From Spizellomyces punctatus DAOM BR117 (Eukaryota): a stretch of DNA of 64,000 nt. Location: assembly GCA_000182565.2 (NCBI GenBank), contig KQ257456.1; one strand, written 5' to 3'. The position numbers and the translations under genes were made by a program. The notes below the pieces were generated by a model, which saw nothing but the letters and a program-made list of their open reading frames with translations, made no database searches and was not told the origin of the DNA. Positions 24,401 through 34,851 of the stretch are shown piece after piece (position 1 is the stretch's first letter; every line of letters begins with the position of its first letter).

Positions 24401-25780
24401 ATGGCTCAAGAACAGCACTCGGCTTTTGACGTGGACTTTGACGAATTTCTCAATCTTGGTGCGCAGTTGGATGCGCAGCAAGCGCAACAGCTACCTGGGC
24501 AGGACCTGTTGCTGCCTCCCCTCGACCTGACGTTAGATTCTCCAAACCTCTATGTCGATGCTCAGCCGGAACAGCCGGAACGTACGGAAGCAGAGACCAC
24601 GCTCCAGCAGTTGATGGATTTTGAAAGCGCCGAGCACGGGTGGGCGGTTGACCCTTCTGTATTTGCTGTTAAACATCCTTTGGAGGAGCTCTGGGCTGGA
24701 GAGCAGCAGGGACCTTTGAGCGAGGCCCAGAATGACAGCGTAGTACCCGCGCTGACCTTGGATCCGTCTCTCGCCGTGGATGTGAAACCGGAAGCGTCGC
24801 TCTCCCCGAACGACGCGTCTTCTTCTTCCTTTGCATCCGAACCTTATCAACCCTCCACGCCCCCAATGGAAAAGGACGCAGAGGACACGAAAAAACGCGC
24901 GCGCCGTGCTAATGGTAAAAAACGGCGTCGGACAACAGCCGACGATGACGCGTCCGAATCACAGGACGAAAAAGCCAAGAATGAGAAATACTCAATTGCT
25001 CATGTTGGTACCACATTGGAGGAGCTTCGCTCCTTTATCGATGAACTGGAACGCGACGAGAGTATCACTCCAAAGGAGAAACGGCAGATTCGAAACAAGA
25101 TTTCTGCAAGAAATTTCAGAGTTCGTCGCAAGGAATATGTCACCACTCTCGAGGAGGAGGTCAAGCAGCTCAAGGACGAGAAAGCTCAACTGGCTGAGCG
25201 GGTTGCACAAGTTGAACAAGAGAATGCGGGCTTAAAGGAGGAGCTGGAACAGCTCCGCACTCTGTTGGCCGAAAAACTAGTTGTTACGCCCACAGCGCAG
25301 ACCGAGAAACCCACTACACCCGTCCCTACCCCTGCCATTCCTGCCCAACCCATCGACGCATTTGTTAGCGCAGCACCTGCCGCGACCCATGTTCCACTCT
25401 GCCGTAAACCCACTGACACAACACCCGTTTCTGTCCTCTCACCACAACTACGCATTTCAGCCTGTAACCCCTCTGGATCTACATATCCCTCTTCTTGGAA
25501 TCCCCGCCTCCAAGTTCACTCTGTTGTTCTGCCACCCACATACCCAACCTTCTCAAAACCTTTTGAACCTCTCACAGCAAAAGATCTTTTATCCGTGTCT
25601 ACCCTTCTCACACCACCTCAAACCCGCCGACACCGCCGTCGTCGGCCTCGTGCGAGTGAAAAACTGTTGCGGGCGGCTTGGGAGAGTATTAAACTGGGAG
25701 AAGTGGAAGATGAGGCTGTCAAGGGTGTGTTGGCCATTGCGATTTTGGCAATGAATGGAGTTGTGAGAGTTGTGGTTTAG
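24401..25780 (+). CDS. bZIP transcription factor, intronless
   Basis: Basic region KEKRQIRNKISARNFRVRRKEY followed by a heptad zipper; acidic N-terminus. An upstream in-frame ATG exists at 24233. Confidence 0.88.
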   Translation: MAQEQHSAFDVDFDEFLNLGAQLDAQQAQQLPGQDLLLPPLDLTLDSPNLYVDAQPEQPERTEAETTLQQLMDFESAEHGWAVDPSVFAVKHPLEELWAGEQQGPLSEAQNDSVVPALTLDPSLAVDVKPEASLSPNDASSSSFASEPYQPSTPPMEKDAEDTKKRARRANGKKRRRTTADDDASESQDEKAKNEKYSIAHVGTTLEELRSFIDELERDESITPKEKRQIRNKISARNFRVRRKEYVTTLEEEVKQLKDEKAQLAERVAQVEQENAGLKEELEQLRTLLAEKLVVTPTAQTEKPTTPVPTPAIPAQPIDAFVSAAPAATHVPLCRKPTDTTPVSVLSPQLRISACNPSGSTYPSSWNPRLQVHSVVLPPTYPTFSKPFEPLTAKDLLSVSTLLTPPQTRRHRRRRPRASEKLLRAAWESIKLGEVEDEAVKGVLAIAILAMNGVVRVVV

Positions 25781-25967
25781 CGATCTTCTATGTCTATTTC
25801 TTTGTACGTTCCTTTGTGTTGTGGCTAAATAAAATATTTTGTTTTGAGAGCATTGCTGTTAAAAGTCTGCTAGAACAGTAAGGTTGGATATCTTAACAAA
25901 TATTCGTAGAGCTGTTCTCAATGTGGAGTACTCTATGAGTAAAAGTCTAGACCTATCATCACGTGTG

Positions 25968-26049
25968 GACACGATGGCCGAGTGGTTAAGGCGTCAGACT
26001 CGAAATCTGATGGGCTCTGCCCGCGCAGGTTCAAATCCTGCTCGTGTCG
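25968..26049 (+). tRNA. tRNA-Ser(CGA)
   Basis: Acceptor GACACGA/TCGTGTC, A-box TGGCCGAGTGG, anticodon arm TCAGA-CT-CGA-AA-TCTGA, long variable arm, GGTTCAAATCC, discriminator G. Confidence 0.97.
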
Positions 26050-26068
26050 CTCAATACGCCTTCAGAAA

Positions 26069-26077
26069 TTTTTTTTG
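26069..26077 (+). terminator. Pol III oligo-T terminator of tRNA-Ser
   Basis: T run about 20 nt downstream of the tRNA. Confidence 0.8.
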
Positions 26078-26924
26078 ATCAATGTGAAGAGTAGGGACGG
26101 GCAACTTGTTTGCGTGTGGTAGCGCATGGTGGTTGTCACTTCTCACATCCAGTATTTTCTTTTATCATGTGTGTTGTNNNNNNNNNNNNNNNNNNNNNNN
26201 NNNNNNNNNNNNNNNNNNNNNNNNNNNNNNNNNNNNNNNNNNNNNNNNNNNNNNNNNNNNNNNNNNNNNNNNNNNNNNNNNNNNNNNNNNNNNNNNNNNN
26301 NNNNNNNNNNNNNNNNNNNNNNNNNNNNNNNNNNNNNNNNNNNNNNNNNNNNNNNNNNNNNNNNNNNNNNNNNNNNNNNNNNNNNNNNNNNNNNNNNNNN
26401 NNNNNNNNNNNNNNNNNNNNNNNNNNNNNNNNNNNNNNNNNNNNNNNNNNNNNNNNNNNNNNNNNNNNNNNNNNNNNNNNNNNNNNNNNNNNNNNNNNNN
26501 NNNNNNNNNNNNNNNNNNNNNNNNNNNNNNNNNNNNNNNNNNNNNNNNNNNNNNNNNNNNNNNNNNNNNNNNNNNNNNNNNNNNNNNNNNNNNNNNNNNN
26601 NNNNNNNNNNNNNNNNNNNNNNNNNNNNNNNNNNNNNNNNNNNNNNNNNNNNNNNNNNNNNNNNNNNNNNNNNNNNNNNNNNNNNNNNNNNNNNNNNNNN
26701 NNNNNNNNNNNNNNNNNNNNNNNNNNNNNNNNNNNNNNNNNNNNNNNNNNNNNNNNNNNNNNNNNNNNNNNNNNNNNNNNNNNNNNNNNNNNNNNNNNNN
26801 NNNNNNNNNNNNNNNNNNNNNNNNNNNNNNNNNNNNNNNNNNNNNNNNNNNNNNNNNNNNNNNNNNNNNNNNNNNNNNNNNNNNNNNNNNNNNNNNNNNN
26901 NNNNNNNNNNNNNNNNNNNNNNNA

Positions 26925-28362
26925 GCCTGCATATCTGGAGAATTGGGTGATAGAGTGATGGGTCTGTAGTTTGGCCATCTAGCGTACGTTATTATATTAC
27001 AATCTGTGCTCATCTCGTTCCAGCACCTGCGGGATGACACTTTTGCTCATACTGCCGTACACATTGCAAGTTGGTAGAATGCATCAGGACGGGCAAACTG
27101 AGAGCGGCGTCATAGGCTCAACTATGTCTATTATATACGAAAGAGCTCAATCTAGGGAAGCGAACTTAGATATCCACTAGCTACTTTCAGACAAAAAGAG
27201 GTATCGGACGCTACTGCTATCCATTTGATGGCCATCAAAATGTGTCTTGCCAGCTTGGCTCAAGGGACCCGCTGTTTGATCTCAAGGTTCGGGTTTGCGG
27301 TATTGGCCATCGACACATGTATTCCTCACTTGCCATCATCTTTGTTATACTGATCCATTAACCTTGCGAATACGGAGATGGCCTGATTGGTCTTCCCGAA
27401 CGCATCAACTCCTTAATTCTAAGCTTGGCTTGATGGTTTTCGTCCTCGAACCCTGATACTTTCTTTATTGCCGCTTTAACCCGCTCTTGTAATGCCCGCT
27501 GCTGTCCGGAAACTGAATCAAGTGAACAGGGGAAGCCTGCGTTTCCACCAAATCCTCGATAATCACACGGCACGTTCCATTAACTTTGCGGCATACCCTC
27601 AATCTGGCTGGTTTTGGACGATGGATAGTTCTGTTCCGTGGATCTTGAGTTTTCTACGCTGGTACAAATCACAGTGACTAGCGTTGATCTAGGAGTTATG
27701 CTAGAGGAATCAGCGCTCTATTTCTTACACGCTTGATAATGAAGAACAAGGTTTAGAAAAGAAGAGTAAGCTGCACTATTTAAATGTGTTGATTGATGTC
27801 TGAACATAACCGGCAAGGTAATTCTCGTCGTCCAAACCCAGCCGATTGTTCGTGTTCCTTTTCTTCGTAGACCGCCGCTACTCTTTGAAATATATAATCA
27901 AGTTTGGAAGAACAAGCAATATTCTTCTTTGCCATCTGCCATCTGCAGATGACGCTGCCGGAATTCTGAATCCCAAATAGGACATCCAAGGACCTCTTGA
28001 GGGGCTTGTCAAGGCTCTCCCATACCCTGAGTCCAGGTTCAGGTTGAGACCACGGTATTGAGATGATTGCATTCCGATATGTATGCTTTGCAAAATTGGC
28101 AAATCATTGACAGCTAGCCCACCTTTCTCGAAAGTAAAAAGTCTACGTTAGGACTGTCGGTATTTATATCTGGTACGAGGATGCTGACTCGCGCATCATT
28201 TCGTGTTTAGCCCTCGCTCTTTACTCCATGTCCGTATTTTAGGATACTTTACCAGTGCCAGTCAATTGCCTGAAAGCGCAGTTTGTGAGGGTTGGCCGTT
28301 TCTAATTCCGAGTCTCACCGGCTCCACCTCGCCTTCTCCTCCAGCTCTTTCGCAGGCTTGAA
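26925..28362 (-). pseudogene. Degenerate coding-like island between two gaps, possibly a decayed SEL1/TPR-repeat gene
   Basis: Short interrupted frames with intron-like signals; fragments MAIKWIAVA and RPDAFYQLAMC loosely resemble SEL1 repeats; many stops. Confidence 0.25.
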
Positions 28363-30031
28363 NNNNNNNNNNNNNNNNNNNNNNNNNNNNNNNNNNNNNN
28401 NNNNNNNNNNNNNNNNNNNNNNNNNNNNNNNNNNNNNNNNNNNNNNNNNNNNNNNNNNNNNNNNNNNNNNNNNNNNNNNNNNNNNNNNNNNNNNNNNNNN
28501 NNNNNNNNNNNNNNNNNNNNNNNNNNNNNNNNNNNNNNNNNNNNNNNNNNNNNNNNNNNNNNNNNNNNNNNNNNNNNNNNNNNNNNNNNNNNNNNNNNNN
28601 NNNNNNNNNNNNNNNNNNNNNNNNNNNNNNNNNNNNNNNNNNNNNNNNNNNNNNNNNNNNNNNNNNNNNNNNNNNNNNNNNNNNNNNNNNNNNNNNNNNN
28701 NNNNNNNNNNNNNNNNNNNNNNNNNNNNNNNNNNNNNNNNNACTGCTGTTGACGATTAGATAGCGGTTTAAGAGGTTGATTAAAGCAACACCACATTAGC
28801 ACGTTTCCAGTTGAGGCTGGATGTGATGTTTATTTATGTGTATTTGGATGTGTTGGTCAATGTTATTGATTTCTTGAAGGGGTTTTGTTGGGTATGGATC
28901 TAGCGGGAGTCATCTTAAAAGTTACGCAGGAATATGCGTAACCAGCGCCTTTCGTTGCATCATGTCTTTTCAGGACTCGCTTGCTCTTTTGCGTCAGTTT
29001 CTTGTGGGTTACTCACAAGTAGCATTAATATATCATATTTAAGTGACATGGGCGAGGCTCGCGCAAGTCCTGCGATGTCACAGTAGAGTTTTTTGCTGTT
29101 GAATTGTAGTGTGGTCGTTGAGATGCACAAGTTGATGCTTTATGATATGGGGACATGTACAAGGATTTGACAGTGTGCTTTTACATGCAAGCTTTCGACT
29201 CCTGCTCATATCTTGGAGCAAGGCCAAGGAGATTTTGGTTTTTTATTTTCATGGTTGCTGCAGTGAATTTGCCTTCGCAGTCAGTTGACGCTGCCCGCAG
29301 TCTCAGGACTGGACATGCCATGTGAAAGTTTACGCAGGCTTATGCAAAGTTTGAAACCTTTTCATGTTGCTACTTCCGTCCAGTTGGAATCAGTTTGATA
29401 TCTTTGTCGCTAGCTTGTCCCTGTCCATTGGTTAACGTGGAAGCAGGACGCCTTGCAACGCGGATTCACATCCTGCTCCATGTCTCTCGCTCGCTGTTGG
29501 AAGAGCGAGGTCGTTTTCATTTTACTTATGTGCGTATTGTCATTTGAAAAGTCTGGTTTGCAAGTCATCCGATCAATATAGCACACTGGTGTCCTTCCTA
29601 CCCGGGCGGTTCCGCCTCTTGCATCCAAATACCATGGACCTATTATTGCCTACAAAAGTCTTTTTGAGAGTTTATTTTGCATGGTTGTGTTGAGTGTGCT
29701 GTCAACGAAGCTTTGCCGACAGCAACCATTTCACAGCATGTATCATGACAATTTCCAGAACATTCCTCCCCCATCACTACATAAACTCTAGCACCTCGAT
29801 GAAACCCCCTTCGTGTTTTTGGCACGTCTTTTCACACCCGTCTATTGAATCCCGCGTCTGGAACAAGGGCGGGGGACATCCCGACGGGAAAGAGGGAGTG
29901 GATAGAAAAACATGTGTTGTCTTGCGTTCATCGTGAGACGACGTGGTCTTTTTTTATCCAACATCATTTCTGGAGCCAGCGCAATTATGCAAACAATTTG
30001 GATCTATTCTATTCAAGGTGGTTTATATGTA

Positions 30032-31107
30032 CTAGGATACGGGGTGCATTGAAAGGGCTTTGGAGCGAATGGCGCGGAGGTTGTAGTGAAGGTGTGGTGG
30101 CACGGATGGCGGTTTGGAGGGCGGGACGGGGACTGGGGCTGGTGGGTGAGCTGGTGGTGTAAGGTGGATGACCAAAGGTGTGCGGGGACGGGGTGGGTGT
30201 GGTTGCTCTAGTTTCTCTGGGTGAGCGTCAGGTGCGTGCGGTTGGGGCGGTGGAGGTTGACTGGACGGTGGTCTCGCAGTCGTAGCAGGTACTGATTTAT
30301 TCTCAGCAATAGGGGCAGGAAGTGGTGGTGCATGAGACAAGGGCACAATTCTCTTGATTCCCCTCCCGCTCCCTCCTCGCCCCCATCGCCGTCTCTCACC
30401 ATCCACTACTGCGCCCTCTCTTCTCCGGCGGTGATCATTCCGGATTTCCTCCCGTTTACATGGTGTTCGAATCAACGGCAGATCCTCCCATGTTTCCTCC
30501 CGCTCGCGCGGTGTATGAATTAATTGCAGCTCTCCTTGTTTCTTTACAGGAACGTAGGACCGTCCAATGAGGAAACCCTAACTGAATGATTTACATCCTA
30601 GCTCGAAAGTGGATCTAAACTTGAGGACAATGTACCTCTTGAAGGTGAGATGTGTCGGTTGGATGGGTGTGCTTGCTGAGCGAGAGCTGGATGAACGCCT
30701 CTCTCTTGGGAAGTTGGAGGAAGGGTGTCATGTTGGAGAGACCCCCGCCGGTTTCGCAGCAAAACGCTCGTCGAAAAAGAAACCGTCCTGGAAGCAGATC
30801 GACGCGTATGACATAAGCGATCTGAGCTTCTTCCCTTGCCGTCTGTAGTGTTGGATGTTTGTTTATTGATGGCCTCACCTTTTCAACAAGCGGGTTGCTC
30901 TAGGATGAATAAAGGAATTGAAAAGAAACGGTGCGCATGGTTTGTATTGCTATATATACGCTTTACAGAATTGCAAAGGGTTTGGCAAAAAGGCGTTCGT
31001 GTGATTTGAACGCAACATACACAAGCATCCCAATCATTCCATCCTCGAACAACAAATCGAAACAGGCGAGTCAGTCCCTCCCTACCTAGAAACAGAGACG
31101 TTTCCAT
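30032..31107 (-). CDS. Hypothetical spliced protein with Pro-rich C-terminus
   Basis: ORFs 30883-31107, 30615-30878 and 30032-30475 join in frame across GT-AG introns (...LCNS|SNPLVEK...SHLQE|GFLIGRSY...). No known domain. Confidence 0.4.
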
Positions 31108-32461
31108 GCATCACTCCAAACCACTGTTGCGGGAAAAAAATCTCATGATTCCCTCCTCCCTCTCCACATCTCCTCTCAATCTCTTTTACCACCTTGCCGC
31201 GAACATGCATAGGAGTCAACACGGTGACGAGATTTGGACACGCCCCTAACACGCTCGCTATCGTCTCATTTGTGATCATTCCACTGGTACCCGTTAAATT
31301 CAAATGACGCATCCAAATGTTCTTCCTGCCGTGTTCAGGCTCGATGAACGAGAGGAGACCTCGATGGGTAATGTTTCTGCAATTCGCGATATCCAGGAGG
31401 CGAATTTGAGTGCAATGCTTTCCTAAAATCTGCATGGAAAAATCTGTAAGGTCTTTGGCACCGCATACACAGAGTTTATCGACCTCTGCGCCGCGTCCAC
31501 GGGCAAATGCGAGGATGCCAGAATCCGTAATAGAAGCGCGCGAGAGCGATGCGTTCTTCACGTTCGATTGGGCGAGATGGCAGAGTGTTTCGTCGGTAAT
31601 CTGGGGGCAGGAATCTAGGATGATGGTAGCTAGTCTTGGACAGGAGGTGAGGATCGATGCGACCGTTGTGTCGGTAATGAGTGTCGACGAGAGGTCCAAG
31701 TGTTCCAACAAGATGACCGCCGAGAACAGAATGTGAAGCGAATGGTCTGGGATAGACAACCAAGGGATGCACAGCGTACGGAGTCGAGTGCAAGTTGCCA
31801 GAGCCTCTGCAAGTTCAGTCAGATTTTCCGACCAAAATGTCGGAAGCACTCTCGATTGACTCAGATTCAACCTCTCTAGCTTTCCGGCTTGGGTGAGAGC
31901 GATGATGCCTTCCACTGTCAACCCCCTCATGTCCACTAGATCCACGACAGACAGCTGGGGACACTTTTCACCCAATACTTCCAAAGCCTCCAAGGGAACC
32001 GCACCATGAGATAAATGAACAGCCTGTAACCCGTCCATCATTCCAAAAATGCCTTTTAAAACCCTCCCATATGTTCCATGTAAGTTCCGGAATGCTGTAT
32101 CGGCGCTCCAAAACAAGCTAAACTTTGATACACGATGACGTCCCTCGACACCACATAAATTCGCATAAAAAGTTACAAGGCCCTTTAGGGAGCCAGTGTA
32201 GTGAATTTTGGGATGGTCCCAGAGATATTTGTTTGCTGCAGCGGACCAGATTTTGTTGACGAGAGCTACGTTGGGGAGGCTGGCGAGGGGGAGGTGAGAG
32301 AAGATGTGGAAAAGGAGTTCAGGGCTGAGGCGTTGTATCGGGGATGGAGTGTGAGGAGGGCTGTCTTGCAGAAACTCTTCGTCTTCCTCCTCTACTTCTT
32401 CATCATCTTCATCTTCCTCATCACTATCTTCATCCATGTATTCTTCCTCCTCCTCCATCAT
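31082..32461 (-). CDS. F-box/LRR (RNI-like) protein; may extend upstream via an intron at 32528-32590
   Basis: Acidic tract, F-box IQRLSPELLFHIFSHL..VALVNKIWSAAANKYLW, Cys-containing LRRs (CPQITDETL, CRNITHRGL). Confidence 0.88.
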   Translation of the reverse strand: MMEEEEEYMDEDSDEEDEDDEEVEEEDEEFLQDSPPHTPSPIQRLSPELLFHIFSHLPLASLPNVALVNKIWSAAANKYLWDHPKIHYTGSLKGLVTFYANLCGVEGRHRVSKFSLFWSADTAFRNLHGTYGRVLKGIFGMMDGLQAVHLSHGAVPLEALEVLGEKCPQLSVVDLVDMRGLTVEGIIALTQAGKLERLNLSQSRVLPTFWSENLTELAEALATCTRLRTLCIPWLSIPDHSLHILFSAVILLEHLDLSSTLITDTTVASILTSCPRLATIILDSCPQITDETLCHLAQSNVKNASLSRASITDSGILAFARGRGAEVDKLCVCGAKDLTDFSMQILGKHCTQIRLLDIANCRNITHRGLLSFIEPEHGRKNIWMRHLNLTGTSGMITNETIASVLGACPNLVTVLTPMHVRGKVVKEIERRCGEGGGNHEIFFPQQWFGVMHGNVSVSR

Positions 32462-32527
32462 CTGTCCAGAAACCACTGCATGCGGGACCGGAGGCTCATC
32501 GAGCACCACCGTAGCAGCTCCCAAAGC

Positions 32528-33890
32528 CTAAATCATCAAATGCATCAGCTACTACACTATCCCATCCCGTACGCACTAACCAGAACAGACCTTCATCACC
32601 CTGCCGCCCTTGACAACAGCTGGTAGCCCAGCCAGAGCCTCTACGCAAACCTTTAGGGCATAACCCAATACGTCCTGGTCCATAATGGTCACCTCGACGC
32701 CGTCCGGATTCCATTCGGCGTTATCGGACTGCATTTTGTAAAGAAATATCACAAAAATAATGAAAAGGATGACATTGGCGAGTTGGAGATTGGACAAGCT
32801 TTTGGGGCATTTGACAGTCAAGTCTAACTGCTTTTGACAGATGGATGAGTCAGGGATGTCGATGGCTCCTGCTACGTGGAAGCTTTTTTCTGGCTTTGGC
32901 CCGTGATTCAGATGAAGGCTTAAAAGGGTGACAATATAGTTGGGAAATATGACAACGAGTCTGTACGTATCGCTACCCACGGGCATATTGCAAACGAATC
33001 TTTTACATTTATGTGATCAAAACGTGTTGACGCTGATACCAGTCAGCTTGCCGGACTGACGGATGCACGAACTGTAGCGGGCATGTTCATGACAGACTAC
33101 TGCCCTCAAAAGAGCAAAAAACTATAAAACTAATGAAATTGCCATAAAGTGGTGGTCTATACACCAATGACCGTCTTTTGGTCCAGTCTCCGCATGGGCG
33201 GGAGTCGAGGAGGTATCGGTCGTATCAGAGCACGGAGGGATGCGGATCGGGTTTTGCGGATGGGACGTTGGTGCTGCTGTTGATGATGTCGTTGGTGAGG
33301 TGGCAGTGGCGATGAGCCTATTTGTTCTTATGAATAAAAAACTTTATGTTGAACGATGAGGGTACCTAACACACCTTGATGCACCCTCTCAAATGTCAGC
33401 ACCTGCGTGACATATTCCACGCCCGGTGAAAAATCCATTGAGCGTGGTATGCCCTCTGCATACGGATCGTTTCCGCCTCCATCCCCGTAATCTACAATGA
33501 CACCAAACTCTGTCATTGGACATTCCTTGGAGAAGAACAAGAGACATACCTATCCCGGTATTATCCACAGGACGTCGCAGCACCGTAAAAATCCTCCGAA
33601 TCCGAACCGTTCCACCAACACAGAGTGTGTCAAGACATCGAAACGTGCGGTCAGAAAGGAAGGAAGAGAGGTCTAGGCAAAGGTTGATCCACTTTTATCT
33701 CGTTTCAGAGGGGCCATCGTGTCCCGTAGCTAATTCTCATAGGGAACAGAAGGCTTACCTTGCCGCGAACAAGATGCGGAAAAGGTAGCGTCATGTGGAG
33801 GGCGGTGATTTTGGTTGTTTTCGCCGTGGTGGAGAGGAAAAATCGTTTGTGGGCATTGGAAAGATCTGTGATGCTGTCATGAATTGTCAT
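32528..33890 (-). CDS. Hypothetical multi-exon coding region upstream of the F-box ORF (separate gene or its N-terminal extension)
   Basis: Phase-compatible exons GGTVRIRRIFTVLRRPVDNTGI|EFGVIVDYGDGGGNDPYAEG..TFERVHQ|GSSPLPPH.. plus ORF 32576-32986; 5' exon phases not resolved. Confidence 0.4.
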
Positions 33891-34480
33891 TTTACCCTGT
33901 CTTTTATTGCCGAAAAAAGAAGGCGGATGTGGGGGACTCACCAGAATTCAACGGAAAAGGGCTGTCCGTTTGACAAAAAGATTTGCAGGACGAGAAAGGG
34001 TTGGAGGAGGTAGGCTATCCCATCGATTGTAGTAATTGGCCATCTTTCACAAAGACCCAGAAATAAGCATACGTGAATATAATTACCACTTTGCTTTGGA
34101 TCTTTTGGAATTGAAATCTGTCCCGTTTTCTCGCAATGGTAACAAAAACCCTATCTTTTTATCAAACATCTCATTCCTTGATGATCTTTTAAAAACAAGC
34201 GTCTCTACCTTTATGGACGGATCGTAGGTACGTCTTATAAACGATTTGGAGTGGAATGCGCAATGCATGAGGGTGTTGGCGCTGCCTTGGGCGGAGAGGA
34301 TATCAAAGGAGGGACCGCCCTTTTGTGTGTATGATGTGATGTGCAGAGTGAGCCAGGCGGGAGACAGACAAGGAGAGCGAAGGTATGTCTTGATTACCTG
34401 GAAGGCGCTTTTAAACATTCTGCAGACGATGCAATGCAATCCTTCTTGGGGCCCGCTACGATGACAAAAAATCCCATTCA

Positions 34481-34513
34481 AAGAAGAAGACGAAGACGAA
34501 GAAGAAGAAGAAG
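34481..34513. repeat. Imperfect (GAA)n microsatellite
   Basis: aagaagaagacgaagacgaagaagaagaagaag. Confidence 0.8.
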
Positions 34514-34851
34514 TAAGTTCCGCTTCGACTTACGCGCGTTTTGGATGTCGTCAGCGTTCATTTTGACCTGATTTGGGGGTTCAAAAAACGAAGCGAATCT
34601 CGTCTTTTTGTGTTTTTTTAGAACACTTGCAGCAGATTTCATCTCTTTTGGAAGGAGGAGGGGGGGAAGGGATCTCGCAAAACAAACGGCAACGAAATAA
34701 GTTTTTGTGAAGAGCATCGGAGGTCATGCCTTTGTTTGGCGGGTAGCTTCTTCAATTGAAACATACTCTGGGCAAATTGGCACACACTCGTACGTTTTTC
34801 CTTTTGGTATCTCAACCGGAGAGAGACTTGGCCAACGACAACACAAACAGG

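Noticed and set aside
25260-25420. CNGCNG motifs after the bZIP domain as Hac1/XBP1-type Ire1 sites
   Set aside because: Flanks do not form the required stems, and the basic region is not Hac1-like.
26106-27040. Long ORFs in the track spanning X runs (also near 17.9 kb and 28.3-28.8 kb)
   Set aside because: Artefacts of translating assembly gaps.
33545-33575. Minus-strand GGATAATACC resembling the P5 loop of fungal TPP riboswitches
   Set aside because: No correctly spaced CUGAGA, P2 or P4 elements; the segment reads as the coding exon RRPVDNTGI ending at a GT donor.
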